NCBI RefSeq assembly: GCF_009914755.1
Contig: NC_060933.1
Strand: one strand, 5' to 3'
DNA length: 64,000 nucleotides
Origin: the human T2T-CHM13v2.0 reference genome, Homo sapiens
Part shown: piece after piece, positions 29,268 through 42,075 of the stretch
How positions within the stretch are numbered: the first letter of the stretch is position 1
How the letters are laid out: each line of letters begins with the position of its first letter
Translations under genes and position numbers: made by a program
Notes under the pieces: model-generated
Seen by the model: the letters and a program-made list of their open reading frames with translations, nothing else
The model's database searches: none
What the model was told of the DNA's origin: nothing

Positions 29268-31200
29268 AACCCGAGTGGAATGGCATGGAATGGAATGGAA
29301 TGGAATGGAATGGAATGGAATTAACCCTAATAGAATGGAATGGAATGGAATGGAATTGAATGGAATGGAATGGAATGGAAGGAAATGGAATGGAATGGAA
29401 TGGAATGGAATGGAATGGAATGGAATGGAATGGTACGGAATAGAATGGAATGGAACGAAATGGAATGGAATGGAATGGAATGGAATGGAATGGAATGGAA
29501 TGGAATGGAATCAACCCGAGTGCAGGAGAATGGAATGGAATGGAAGGCAATGGAATGACATCATTCGGAATTGAATGGAATGGAATGGAACGGAATGGAA
29601 TCAACTCGATTGAAATGGAATGGAATGGAATGGAATGGAATGGAATGGAATGGAATGGAAGTGAATGGAATGGAATGTAATGAAACCGAGTGCAGGGGAA
29701 TGGAATGGAATGGAATGCAATGGAATGGAGTCATCCGGAATGGAACGGAATGGAATGGAATGGAATCAACCCGAGTGCAATGGAATGGAATGGAATGGAA
29801 AGGAATGGAATGGAATGGACTCAACCCGAATGGAATGGAAAGGAATGGAATCAACCCGAGAGGAATGGCATGGAATGGAATGGAATGGAATGGAGTGGAA
29901 TGGTACAGAATAGAATGTAATGGAACGAAATGGAATGGAATGGAATGGAATGGAATGGAATGGACTCATTCCGAGTGGAATAGAAGGGAATGTTTTCGAG
30001 TGGAATGAAAAGGAATGGAATCAACCAGAGTGGAATGGAATGGAATCGAGTGGAATGGAATGCAATCGAATGGAATGTAAAGGAATAGAATGGAATCAAC
30101 CCGAGTGGAATGGAATGGAAAGGACTGGAATGGAATGGAATGGAATGCAATGGAATCAACTCGATTGCAATGAAATGGAATGGAATGGAATGGAATGGAA
30201 TGGAATGGAATGGAATTAACCGCAATAGAATGGAATTGAATGGAATGGAAAGGAATGGAATGGAATAGAATGGAATGGAATGGATTCAACTCGAATGGAA
30301 TGGAAAGGAATGGAATCAACCCGAGTGGAATGGCATGGAATGGAATGGAATGGAATGGAATGGAATGGAATGGAATGGAATTAACCCTAATAGAATGGAA
30401 TGGAATGGAATGGAATGGAATGGAATGGAAGGAAATGGAATGGAATGGAATGGAATGGAATGGAATGGAATGGAATGGAAGGAAATGGAATGGAATGGAA
30501 TGGAATGGAATGGAATGGAATGGAATGGAATGAAATCAACCCGAGTGCAGGGGAATGGAATGGAATGGAAGGCAATGGAATGAAATCATTCGGAATTGAA
30601 TGGAATGGAATGGAATGGAATGGAATCAACTCGATTGAAATGGAATGGAATGGAATGGAATGGAATGGAATGGAATGAAGTGAATGGAATGGAATGTAAT
30701 GAAACCGAGTGCAGGGGAATGGAATGGAATGGAATGCAATGGAATGGAGTCATCCGGAATGGAACGGAATGGAATGGAATGGAATCAACCCGAGTGCAAT
30801 GGAATGGAATGGAATGGAAAGGAATGGAATGGAATGGATTCAACCCGAATGGAATGGAAAGGAATGGAATCAACCCGAGAGGAATGGCATGGAATGGAAT
30901 GGAATGGAATGGAGTGGAATGGTACGGAATAGAATGTAATGGAACGAAACGGAATGGAATGGAATGGAATGGAATGGAATGGAATGGAATCATTCCGAGT
31001 GGAATAGAAGGGAATGTTTTCGAGTGGAATGAAAAGGAATGGTATCAACCAGAGTGGAATGGAATGGAATCGAATGGAATGGAAAGGAATAGAATGGAAT
31101 CAACCCGAGTGGAATGGAATGGAAAGGACTGGAATGGAATGGAATGGAATGCAATGGAATCAACTCGATTGCAATGAAATGGAATGGAATGGAATGGAAT
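29268..31200 (+). repeat. Two ~1.03-1.05-kb tandem copies of the start of the higher-order unit
   Basis: GTTTTCGAG at 29992 and 31016; TCATTCGGAATTGAA at 29561 and 30586. Confidence 0.8.
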
Positions 31201-32139
31201 GGAATGGAATGGAATGGAATAGAATGGAAAGGAATCACCCCTAGTGCAGGGGAATTTAATGGAATGGAATGCAGTGGAATGGAATCATCCGGAATGGAAT
31301 GGAATGGAATGGAATGGAACAGAATGGAATGGAATCAACTCAATTTCAATGGAATGGAAAGGAATGGAATGGAATGGAATGCAATGGAATCGTACGGAAT
31401 AGAATGGAATGGAACGAAATGGAATGGAATGGAATGGAATGGAATGGAATGGAATGGAACGGAATGGAATGGAATGAACCCGCGTGCAATGGAATGGAAC
31501 GGAATGGAATGGAATGGAATGGAATGGAATGGAATGGAATGGGTTCAACTCGAATGGAATGGAAAGGAATGGAATCAACACGAGTGGAATGGCATGGAAT
31601 GGAATGGAATTGAATGAAATGGAATGGAATGGAATGGAATGAAATGTAATGGAATGGAAAGGAATGGAATCAACACGAGTGGAATGGCATGAAATGGAAT
31701 GGAATTGAATGAAATGGAATGGAATGGAATGGAATGAAATGTAATGGAATGGAATGGAATGGAATCAACCCGAGTGCAATGTAATGGAATAGAATGGAAT
31801 GGAATGGAATGGAATGGATTCAACCCGAATGGAATTAAAAGGAATGGAATATACCCGAGTGGAATGGCATGGAATGGAGTGGAATGGAATGGAATGGAAT
31901 GGAATGGAATGGAATGGTACGGAATAGAATGGAATGTAACGAAATGGAATGTAAGGGAATGGAATGGAATGGAATGGAATGAACCCGTGTGCAATGGAAT
32001 GGAATGGAATGGAATGGAATGGAATGGAATGGAATGGATTCAACTCTAATGGAATGGAAGGGAATGGAATCAACGCGAGTGGAATGGCATGGAATGGAAT
32101 GGAATGGAATGGAATGGAATTAAATGGAATGGAATGGAA

Positions 32140-32835
32140 TGAACCCGAGTGCAGGGGAATGGAATGGAATGGAATGGAATGGAATGGAATGGAATGCAGT
32201 GGAATGGAATCAAACCTAGTGCAATTGAATGGAATGGAATGGAATGGAATGGAATGGAATGGAATGGATTCAACCCAAATGGAATGGAAAGCAATGGAAT
32301 CAACCCGAGTGGAATGGCATGGAATGGAATGGAATGGAATGTAATGGAATGGAATGGAATGGTACGGAATAAAATGGAATGGAAAGAAATGGAATGGAAT
32401 GGAATGGAATGGAACGGAATGGAATGGAATCATTCCGAGTGGAATAGAAGGGAATGAATTCGAGTGGAATGGAAAGGAATGGAATCAACCAGAGTGGAAT
32501 GGAAGGGAATGGAATGGAATGGAAACTAATAAAATGGAATCAACACGAGTGGAATGGAATGGAAAGGACTTGAATGGAATGGAATGGAATGGAATGGAAT
32601 CAAGTCGATTGCAATGGAATGTAATGGAATGGAGTGGAATGGAATTAACGCGAATAGAATGGAATGGAATGGAATGGAATGGAATGGAATGGAATGGAAT
32701 CAACCTGAGTGCAGGGGAATGGAATGCAATGGAATGCAATGGAATGCAATGGAATGGAATGGAATGGAATGGAATCAACGCGAGTGCAGGGGAATGGAAT
32801 GTAATGGAATGCAATGGAATGGAATCTTCTGGAAT
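32140..32835 (+). repeat. Left copy of a ~0.7-kb inverted repeat (partner 49507-50213)
   Basis: Rare variants are shared in reverse complement: GAATTC site 32456/49881, GGAAACTAATAAAATGG, GGACTTGAAT, CAAGTCGATTGC, GGTACGGAATAAAAT. ORFs 32354+ and 49314- give the identical stretch GIIPSGIEGNEFEW...KDLNG. Confidence 0.88.
32821..32835. promoter_or_regulatory. Perfect 3-box heat-shock element sequence (GGAATCTTCTGGAAT)
   Basis: Exact match to nGAAnnTTCnnGAAn; function is untested. Confidence 0.5.
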
Positions 32836-35586
32836 GGAATGGAATGGAATGGAATCAACCAGAGTGCAATGGAATGGAGTGGAATGGAATGGAATGGAAT
32901 GGAATGGAATGGAACAACCCGAATAGAATCGAATGTAATGGAGAGTAAGGGAGTTGAATAGAATCAATCCGAATGTAATGGAATGGAATGGAACGGAATG
33001 GAATTGAATGGAATGGAATGGAATGCAATGGAATGGAATCAACCCGAGTGCAATGGAATGGAGAGGAATGGAATGGAAACTACCCGAATGGAATGGAATG
33101 TAATGGAGTGTAAGGGAGTTGAATAGAATCAATCCGAATGTAATGGAATGGAATGGAACGGAATGGAATGGAATGGAATGGAATGGAATGGAATGGAATA
33201 CAATGGAATGGAATCAACCCGAGTGCAATCGAATGGAATCGAATGTAAGGGAATGCAATGGAATGGATTCAACTTGAATGGAATGGAAAGAATGGAATCA
33301 ATACGAGTGGAATGGAATGGAATGGAATGGAATAGAATGGAATGGAATGGAATGGAATGGAATGGAATGCAATGATACGGAATAGAATGTAATGGAACGA
33401 AATGGAACGAAATGGAATGGAATGGAATGGAATGGAATGGAATGGAATGGAATCGTTCCGAGTGGAATAGGAGGGAATGTATTCGAGTGGAATGGAAAGG
33501 AATGGAATCAACCAGAGTGGAATGGAAGGGAATGGAATGGAATGGAAACTAATAGAATGGAATCAACCCGAGTGGAATGGAATGGAAAGGACTGGAATGG
33601 AATCGAATGGAATGGAATGGAATCAACTCGATAGTAATGGAATGGAATGGAATGGAATGGAATGGAATGGAATTAACCCGAATACAATGGAATGGAATGG
33701 AATGCAACGGAATGGAGTGGAATGGAATGGAATCAACCCGAGTGCAGGGGAATGCAATGGAATGGAATGCAATGGAATGGAGTCATTCGGAATGGAATGG
33801 AATGGAATGGAATGCAAAGCAATGGAATCAACTCGATTGCAATGGAATGGAATGGACTGGAAAGGAATACATTGGAATCAACCCGAGTGGAATGGAATGG
33901 AAAGGACTGGAATGGAGTGGAATGGAATGGAATGGAATGGAATGGAATCAACTCGATTGGAATGGAATGGAATGGAATGGAATGGAATGGAATTAACCCA
34001 AATAGAATGGAATGGAATGGAATGGAACGGAACGGAACGGAATGGAATGGAATGGAATGGAATGGAATGGAATGGAATGGAATGGAATCAACCCGAGTGC
34101 AATGGAATGGAGTGGAAAGGAATGGAATGGAATGGAACAACCCGAATGGAATGGAATGTAATGGAGAGTAAGGGAGTTGAATAGAATTAATCCGAAAGTA
34201 ATGGAAAGGAATGCAACGGATTGGAATGGAATGGAATGGGATGGAATGCAATGGAATGGAATCAACCCGAGTACAATGGAATGGAATGGAATGGAATGGA
34301 ATGGAATGGAATGGAATGGAATGGAATGCCTTTAAACCGAATGGAATGGAAAGGAATGGAATCAACACGAGTGGAATGGAATGGAATGGAATGGAATGGA
34401 ATGGAATGGAATGATACGGAATAGAATGTAATGGAACGAAATGGAATGGAATGGAATGGAATGGAATGGAATGGAATGGAATGGAATGGAATGGAATCGT
34501 TCCGAGTGGAATAGGAGGGAATGTATTCGAGTGGAATGGAAAGGAATGGAATCAACCAGAGTGGAATGGAAGGGAACGGAATGGAATGGAAACTAATATA
34601 ATGGAATCAACCCGAGTGGAATGGAATGGAAAAGACTGGAATGGAATGGAATGGAATGGAATGGAATCAACTTGATTGTAATGGAATGGAATGGAATGGA
34701 ATGGAATGGAATGGAATGGAATTAACCCGAATACAATGGAATGGAATGGAATGCAACGGAATGGAGTGGAATGGAATGGAATCAACCCGAGTGCAGGGGA
34801 ATTCAATGGAATGGAATGCAATGGAATGGAGTCATCCGGAATGGAATGGAATGGAATGGAATGCAAAGCAATGGAATCAACTCGATTGCAATGGAATGGA
34901 ATGGAATGGAAAGGAATACTTTGGAATCAACCCGAGTGGAATGGAATGGAAAGGACTGGAATGGAGTGGAATGGAATGGAATGGAATGGAATGGAATCAC
35001 CTCGATTGGAATGGAATGGAATGGAATGGAATGGAATGGAATGGAATGGAATTAACCCGAATAGAATGGAATGGAATGGAATGGAACGGAACGGAACGGA
35101 ACGGAATGGAATGGAATGGAATGGAATGGAATGGAATGGAATCAACCAGACTGCAGGGGAATGGAATGGAATGGAATGCAATGGAATGGATTCAACTTGA
35201 ATGGAATGGAAAGAATGGAATCAACACGAGTGGAATGGCATGGATTGGAATGGAATGGAATGGAGTCAACCCGAGTACAGGGGAATGGAATGGAATGGAA
35301 TGCAATGGAATGGAATCATCCGTAATGGAATGGAAAGTAATGGAATGGAATGGAATGGAATGGAATGGAATGGAATGGAATGGAATGGAATAGAATCAAC
35401 TCGATTGCAATCGAATGGAATGGAATGGAATTAACCCAGATAGAATGGAAAGGAATGGAATGGAACGGAACGGAACGGAATGGAATGGAATGGAACGGAA
35501 AGGAAGGGAATGGAATGGAATAGAATGGAATGGAATGGAATCAACGCGAGTGCAGGGGAATGGAGTGGAATGGAAGGCAATGGAAT

Positions 35587-35601
35587 GGAATCTTCCGGAA
35601 T
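35587..35601. promoter_or_regulatory. Perfect 3-box heat-shock element sequence (GGAATCTTCCGGAAT)
   Basis: Exact match to nGAAnnTTCnnGAAn; function is untested. Confidence 0.5.
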
Positions 35602-37036
35602 GGAATGGAATGGAATGGAATGGAATGGAATCAACTCGATTGAAATGGAATGGAATGGAATGGAATGGAATGGATGGGAATGGAATGGAATGTAATGAAC
35701 CCGAGTGCAGGGGAATGGAATGGAATGAAATGCAATGGAATGGAGTCATGCTGAATGGAACGGAATGGAATGGAATGGAATCAACCCGTGTGCAATGTAA
35801 TGGAATCGAAAGGAATGCAATGGAATGGAATGGATTCAACCCAAATGGAATGAAATGGAATGGAATAAACCCGAGTGGAATGGCATGGAATGGAGTGGAA
35901 TGGAATGGAATGGAATGGTACAGAATAGAATGGAATGGAACGAAATGGAATGGAATGGAATGGAATGGAATGGAATGGAACGGAACGGAACGGAATGGAA
36001 TGGAATGGAATGGAATGGAATGGAATGAACCCGTGTGCAATGGAATGGAATGGAATGGAATGGGTTCAACACGAATGGAATGCAAAGGAATGGAATCAAC
36101 ACGAGTGGAATGGCATGGAATGGAATGGAATGGAATGGAATGGAATGGAATGGAATGAAATGGAATGGAAAGGAATGGAATGGAATCAACCCGAGTGCAG
36201 TGTAATGGAATCGAATGGAATGGAATGGAATGGAATGGATTCAACACGAATGGAATGGAAAGGAATGGAATAAACCCGCGTGGAATGGCATGGAATGGAG
36301 TGGAATGGAATGGAATGGAATGGAATGGAATGGAATCAAACCGAGTGCAATATAATGGAATCGAATGGAATGGAATGGAATGGAATGGATTCAACCCGAA
36401 TGGAATGGAAAGGAATGGAATAAACCCGAGTGGAATGGCATGGAGTGGAGTGGAATGGAATGGAATGGAATGCAATGGAATGGTACGGAATAGAATGGAA
36501 AGGAACGAAATGGAATGGAATGGAATGGAATGGAATGAACCCGTGTGCAATGGAATGGAATCGAATGGAATGGAATGGATTGGAATGGATTCAACTCGAA
36601 TGGAATGGAAAGGAATGGAATCAACCCGAGTGGAATGGCATGGAATGGAATGGAATGGAATGGAATGGAATGGAATGGAATGGAATGGAATGGAATGGAA
36701 TGGTACGGAATAGAATGGAAAGGAACGAAATGGAATGGAATGAAATGGAATGGAATGGAATGGAATGGAATGGAATGGAATGGAATCAACCCGAGTGCAG
36801 GGGAATGGAATGGAATTGAAGGCAATGGAATGGAATCATCCGGAATTGAATGGAATGGAATGGAATCAACTCGATTGCAATGGAATGGAATGGAATGGAA
36901 TGGAATGGAATGGAATGGAATGGAATGGAATGGAATTAACCCGAATAGAATGGAATGGAATGGAATGGAAGTAAATGGAATGGAATGTAATGAACCCGAG
37001 TGCAGGGGAATGGCATGGAATGGAATGCAATGGAAT

Positions 37037-37051
37037 GGAATCTTCCAGAAT
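37037..37051. promoter_or_regulatory. Perfect 3-box heat-shock element sequence (GGAATCTTCCAGAAT)
   Basis: Exact match to nGAAnnTTCnnGAAn; function is untested. Confidence 0.5.
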
Positions 37052-38091
37052 GGAATGGAATGGAATGGAATGAAATGCAACGGATTCAACTCGGTTGCAA
37101 TGGAATGGAATAGAATGGAATGGAATGGAATGGAATGGGATTAACCCGAATAGAATGGAATTGAATGGAATGGAACGGAATGGAACGGAATGGAATGGAA
37201 TGGAATGGAATGGAATGGAATGGAATGGTATGGAATGGAATGGAATGGTACGGAATAGAATGGAATGGAACGAATTGTAATGGAATGGAATTGAATGGAA
37301 AGGAATGGAATGGAATGGAATCAACGCGAGAGCAGGGGAATGTAATGGAACGGAATGCAATGGAATGGAATCATCCGGAATGGAATGGAATGGAATGGAA
37401 TGGAATGGAATCAACCCGAGTGCAATGGAATGGAGTGGAATGGAATGGAATGGAATGGAACAATCCGAATGGAATGGAATGTAATGGAGAGTAAGGGAGT
37501 TGAATAGAATCAATCCGAATGTAATGGAATGGAATGTAACGGAATGGAATGGAAGGGAATGGAATGGAATGGAATGGAATGGAATGGAATGGAATGCAAA
37601 GGAATGGAATCAACCCGAGTGGAATGGCATGGAATGGAATGCAATGGATTGGAATGGAATGGAATCAACTCGAGTGGAAAGGAATGGAATGGAATGGAAA
37701 GGAATGGAATGAAGTCAACTCGAGTGGAATGGAATGGAATGGAATGGATTGGAATGGATTGCAATGGAATGAAATGGAATGGAATGGAATGGAATCAATC
37801 ATGGAAGGGAATGTAATGGAGTGGAAAGAAGGGAATGGAATCAACCCGAGTGGAATGCAAGGCAATGGAATGGAATGGAAAGGAATGGAATGGAATCAAC
37901 TCGATTACAATGGAATGGAATGGAATGGAATGGAATGGAATGGAATTAACCGGAATAGAATGGAATGGAATGGAATGGAACGGAATGGAATGGAATGGAA
38001 GGGAATGGAATCAAAACGAGTGCAGGGGAATGGAATGGAATGGAATGCAATGGAATGGAATCATCCGGAATGGAATGGAATGGAATGGAAT

Positions 38092-38097
38092 AAACAA
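38092..38097. other. Satellite inversion (strand-switch) breakpoint
   Basis: The sequence reads ...GGAATGGAAT|AAACAA|ATTCCGTTCCATTATACTCGGGTTG...; the orientation flips within 6 bp and no intervening element is present. Confidence 0.95.
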
Positions 38098-39429
38098 ATT
38101 CCGTTCCATTATACTCGGGTTGATTCCATTCCATTGCATTCCATTCCATTGCATTCCATTCCATTCCATTCCATTCCATTCCGTTTCATTCCATTACATT
38201 CGGATTGATTCTATTCAACTCCCTTACTCTCCATTACATTCCATTCCATTCGGGTTGTTCCATTCCATTCCATTCCATTCCACTCCATTCCATTGCACTC
38301 GGGTTGATTCCATTCCATTCCATTCCATTCCATGCCGTTCCGTTCCATTCCATTCCATTCCATTCTATTCGGGTTAATTCCATTCCATTCCATTCCATTC
38401 CAATCGAGTTGATTCCATTCCATTCCATTCCATTCCATTCCACTCCATTCCAGTCCATTCCATTCCATTCCACTCGGGTTGATTCCAATGTATTCCTTTC
38501 CATTCCATTCCATTCCATTGCAATCGAGTTGATTCCATTGCTTTGCATTCCATTCCATTCCATTCCATTTCGGATGATTCCATTCCATTGCATTCCATTC
38601 CATTGCATTCCCCTGCACTCGCATTGATTCCATTCCATTCCATTCTATTCCATTCCGTTCCGTTCCGTTCCATTCCATTCCATTCCATTCCATTCCATTC
38701 CATTCCGTTCCGTTCCATTCCATTCCATTCCATTCTATTCGGGTTAATTCCATTCCATTCCATTCGATTGCAATCGAGTTGATTCCATTCCATTCCATTC
38801 CATTCCATTCCATTCCATTCCATTCCATTCCATTCCTTTCCATTCCATTACGGTTGATTCCATTCCATTGCATTCCATTCCATTCCATTCCCCTGTACTC
38901 GGGTTGATTCCATTCCATTCCATTCCAATCCATGCCATTCCACTCGTGTTGATTCCATTCTTTCCATTCCATTCAAGTTGAATCCATTCCATTGCATTCC
39001 ATTCCATTCGATTCCATTTGATTGCACTCGGGTTGATTCCATTCCATTGCATTCCATTCCATTCCATTCCATTCCATTCCATTCCATTCCGTTCCATTCC
39101 ATTCCATTACATTCGGATTGATTCTATTCAATTCCCTTACACTCCATTACATTACATTCGGGTAGTTTCCATTGCATTCCATTCCATTCCTCTCCATTCC
39201 ATTGCACTCGGGTTGATTCCATTCCATTGCATTCCATTCCATTCCATTCAATTCCATTCCGTTCCATTCCATTCCATTACATTCGGATTTATTCTATTCA
39301 ACTCCCTTACTCTCCATTACATTCCATTCCATTCGGGTTGTTCCATTCCATTCCATTCCATTCCACTCCATTCCATTGCACTCGGGTTGATTCCATTCCA
39401 TTCCATTCCATTCCATTCCATTCCATTCC

Positions 39430-39444
39430 ATTCCGGAAGATTCC
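39430..39444. promoter_or_regulatory. Perfect 3-box heat-shock element sequence (ATTCCGGAAGATTCC)
   Basis: Exact match to nTTCnnGAAnnTTCn; function is untested. Confidence 0.5.
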
Positions 39445-40093
39445 ATTCCATTGCATTCCATTCCATTCCATTCCCCTGCACTCGCGTTGATTCCATTCCA
39501 TTCCATTCTATTCCATTCCATTCCCTTCCTTTCCGTTCCATTCCTTTCCATTCCATTCCATTCCATTCCGTTCCGTTCCATTCCATTCCATTCCATTCTA
39601 TTCGGGTTAATTCCATTCCATTCCATTCGATTGCAATCGAGTTGATTCCATTCCATTCCATTCCATTCCATTCCATTCCATTCCATTACGGATGATTCCA
39701 TTCCATTGCATTCCATTCCATTCCATTCCCCTATACTCGGGTTGATTCCATTCCATTCCATTCCAATCCATGCCATTCCACTCGTGTTGATTCCATTCTT
39801 TCCATTCCAGTCAAGTTGAATCCATTCCATTGCATTCCATTCCATTCGATTCCATTCGATTGCACTCGGGTTGATTCCATTCCACTGCATTCCATTCCAT
39901 TCCATTCCATTCCACACCATTCCATTCCATTCCATTCCGTTCCATTCCATTCCATTACATTCGGATTGATTCTATTCAATTCCCTTAGACTCCATTACAT
40001 TCCCTTCCATTCGGGTAGTTTCCATTCCATTCCATTCCATTCCTCTCCATTCCATTGAACTCGGGTTGATTCCATTCCATTCCATTCCATTCC

Positions 40094-40108
40094 ATTCCGG
40101 AAGATTCC
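40094..40108. promoter_or_regulatory. Perfect 3-box heat-shock element sequence (ATTCCGGAAGATTCC)
   Basis: Exact match to nTTCnnGAAnnTTCn; function is untested. Confidence 0.5.
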
Positions 40109-42060
40109 ATTCCATTGCATTCCATTCCATTCCATTCCCCTGCACTCGCGTTGATTCCATTCCATTCCATTCCATTCCATTCCATTCCATTCCATTCCTT
40201 TCCGTTCCATTCCATTCCATTCCATTCCATTCCAATCCATTCCCTTCCGTTCCGTTCCGTTCCATTCCATTCCATTCCATTCTATTCGGGTTAATTCCAT
40301 TCCATTCCGTTCGATTGCAATCGAGTTGATTCCATTCCATTCCATTCCATTCCATTCCATTCCTTTCGATTGCAATCGAGTTGATTCCATTCCATTCCAT
40401 TCCATTCCATTCCATTCCTTTCCATTCCATTACGGATGATTCCATTCCATTGCATTCCATTCCATTCCATTCCCCTGTACTCGGGTTGATTCCATTCCAT
40501 TCCATTCCAATCCATGCCATTCCACTCGTGTTGATTCCATTCTTTCCATTTCATTCAAGTTGAATCCATTCCTTTGCATTCCATTCCATTCCATTCCCCT
40601 GCAGTCGGGTTGTTTCCATTCCATTCCATTCCATTCCCCTGCTGTCGGGTTGTTTCCATTCCATTCCATTCCATTCCATTCGATTCCGTTCCGTTGCATT
40701 CCATTCCATTCCATTCTATTCGGGTTAATTCCATTCCATTCCATTCCATTCCATTCCATTCCAATCGAGTTGATTCCATTCCATTCCATTCCATTCCATT
40801 CCACTCCATTCCAGTCCTTTCCATTCCATTCCAATCGGGTTGATTCCAATGTATTCCTTTCCATTCCATTCCATTGCATTGCAATCGAGTTGATTCCATT
40901 GTTTGCATTCCATTCCATTCCATTCCATTCCGGATGATTCCATTGCATTGCATTCCATTCCATTCCATTCCATTCCGTTCCATTCCATTTCATTACTTTC
41001 AGATTGATTCTATTCAATTCCCTAACACTCCATTATATTCCAATCCATTCTGGTTGTTTCCATTCCATTCCATTCCATTTCACTCCATTCCATTGCACTC
41101 GGGTTGATTCCATTCCATTCCATTCCATTGCATTCCATTCCATTCCATTCCGGATGATTCCATTCCATTGCATTCCTTTCCATTCCATTCCCCTGCACTC
41201 GGGTTGATTCCATTCCATTCCATTCCATTGCATTCCGTTCAATTCCATTCCATTCCATTCGGATTGATTCTATTCAATTCCCTTACACTCCATTACATTC
41301 CATTCCATTCGGGTAGTTTCCATTCCATTCCATTCCATTCCTCTCCATTCTATTGCACTTGGGTTGATTCCATTCCATTCCATTCCATTCCATTCCATTC
41401 CATGCCATTCCATTCCATTCCATTCCGTTCCATTGTACTCGGGTTGATTCCATTCCATTGCATTCCATTCCATTCCATTCCATTCCATTCCATTCCATTC
41501 CATTCCATTCCGTTCCATTCCATTACATTCGGATTGATTCTATTCAACTCCCTAACTCTCCATTACATTCCATTCCATTCGGGTTGTTCCATTCCATTCC
41601 ATTCCATTCCCCTCCATTCCATTGCACTCGTGTTGATTCCATTCCATTCCATTCCATTCAATTCCATTCCATTCCATTCCGGATGATTCCATTCCATTGC
41701 ATTCCGTTCCATTACATTCCCCTGCACTCGGGTTGATTCCATTCCATTCCACTCCATTCCATTCGATTCCATCCCATTCCAATTCTTTCCATTCCATTCT
41801 ATTCCGTAACATTCCATTCCATTCCATACAATTCCATTCCATTCCATTCCACTCCGTTCCGTTCCGTTCCGTTCCATTCCATTCCATTCCATTCTATTCG
41901 GTTTAATTCCATTCCATTCCATTCCATTCCATTCTATTCCATTCCATTGCAATCGAGTTGAGTCCATTGCATTCCATTCCATTCCATTCTATTCCATTCC
42001 ATTGCAATCGAGTTGAGTCCATTGCATTCCATTCCATTCCATTCCATTCCATTCCATTCC

Positions 42061-42075
42061 ATTCCAGAAGATTCC
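42061..42075. promoter_or_regulatory. Perfect 3-box heat-shock element sequence (ATTCCAGAAGATTCC)
   Basis: Exact match to nTTCnnGAAnnTTCn; function is untested. Confidence 0.5.

Larger units (their letters stand above)
1..38091 (+). repeat. Human Satellite 3 (HSat3/Sat III) array, G-rich (GGAAT)n strand on +
   Basis: Continuous GGAAT pentamers with interspersed CAACCCGAGT, CAACCCGAAT and CAACTCGATT motifs, the classical Sat III signature. It lacks the CATTCGATTC-dominated pattern typical of HSat2. Confidence 0.97.

Noticed and set aside
38088-38101. HSE formed by GAA/TTC boxes at the junction itself
   Set aside because: GAA at 38088 and TTC at 38099 are 11 bp apart, out of the 5-bp HSE register.
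37549-38377. Chimeric ORFs crossing the inversion (WNGME switching to IPFHS)
   Set aside because: A direct by-product of the strand switch, with no independent support.
37790-38400. Perfect cruciform centred on the junction
   Set aside because: Interspersed motifs either side do not mirror each other; only generic pentamer complementarity exists locally.
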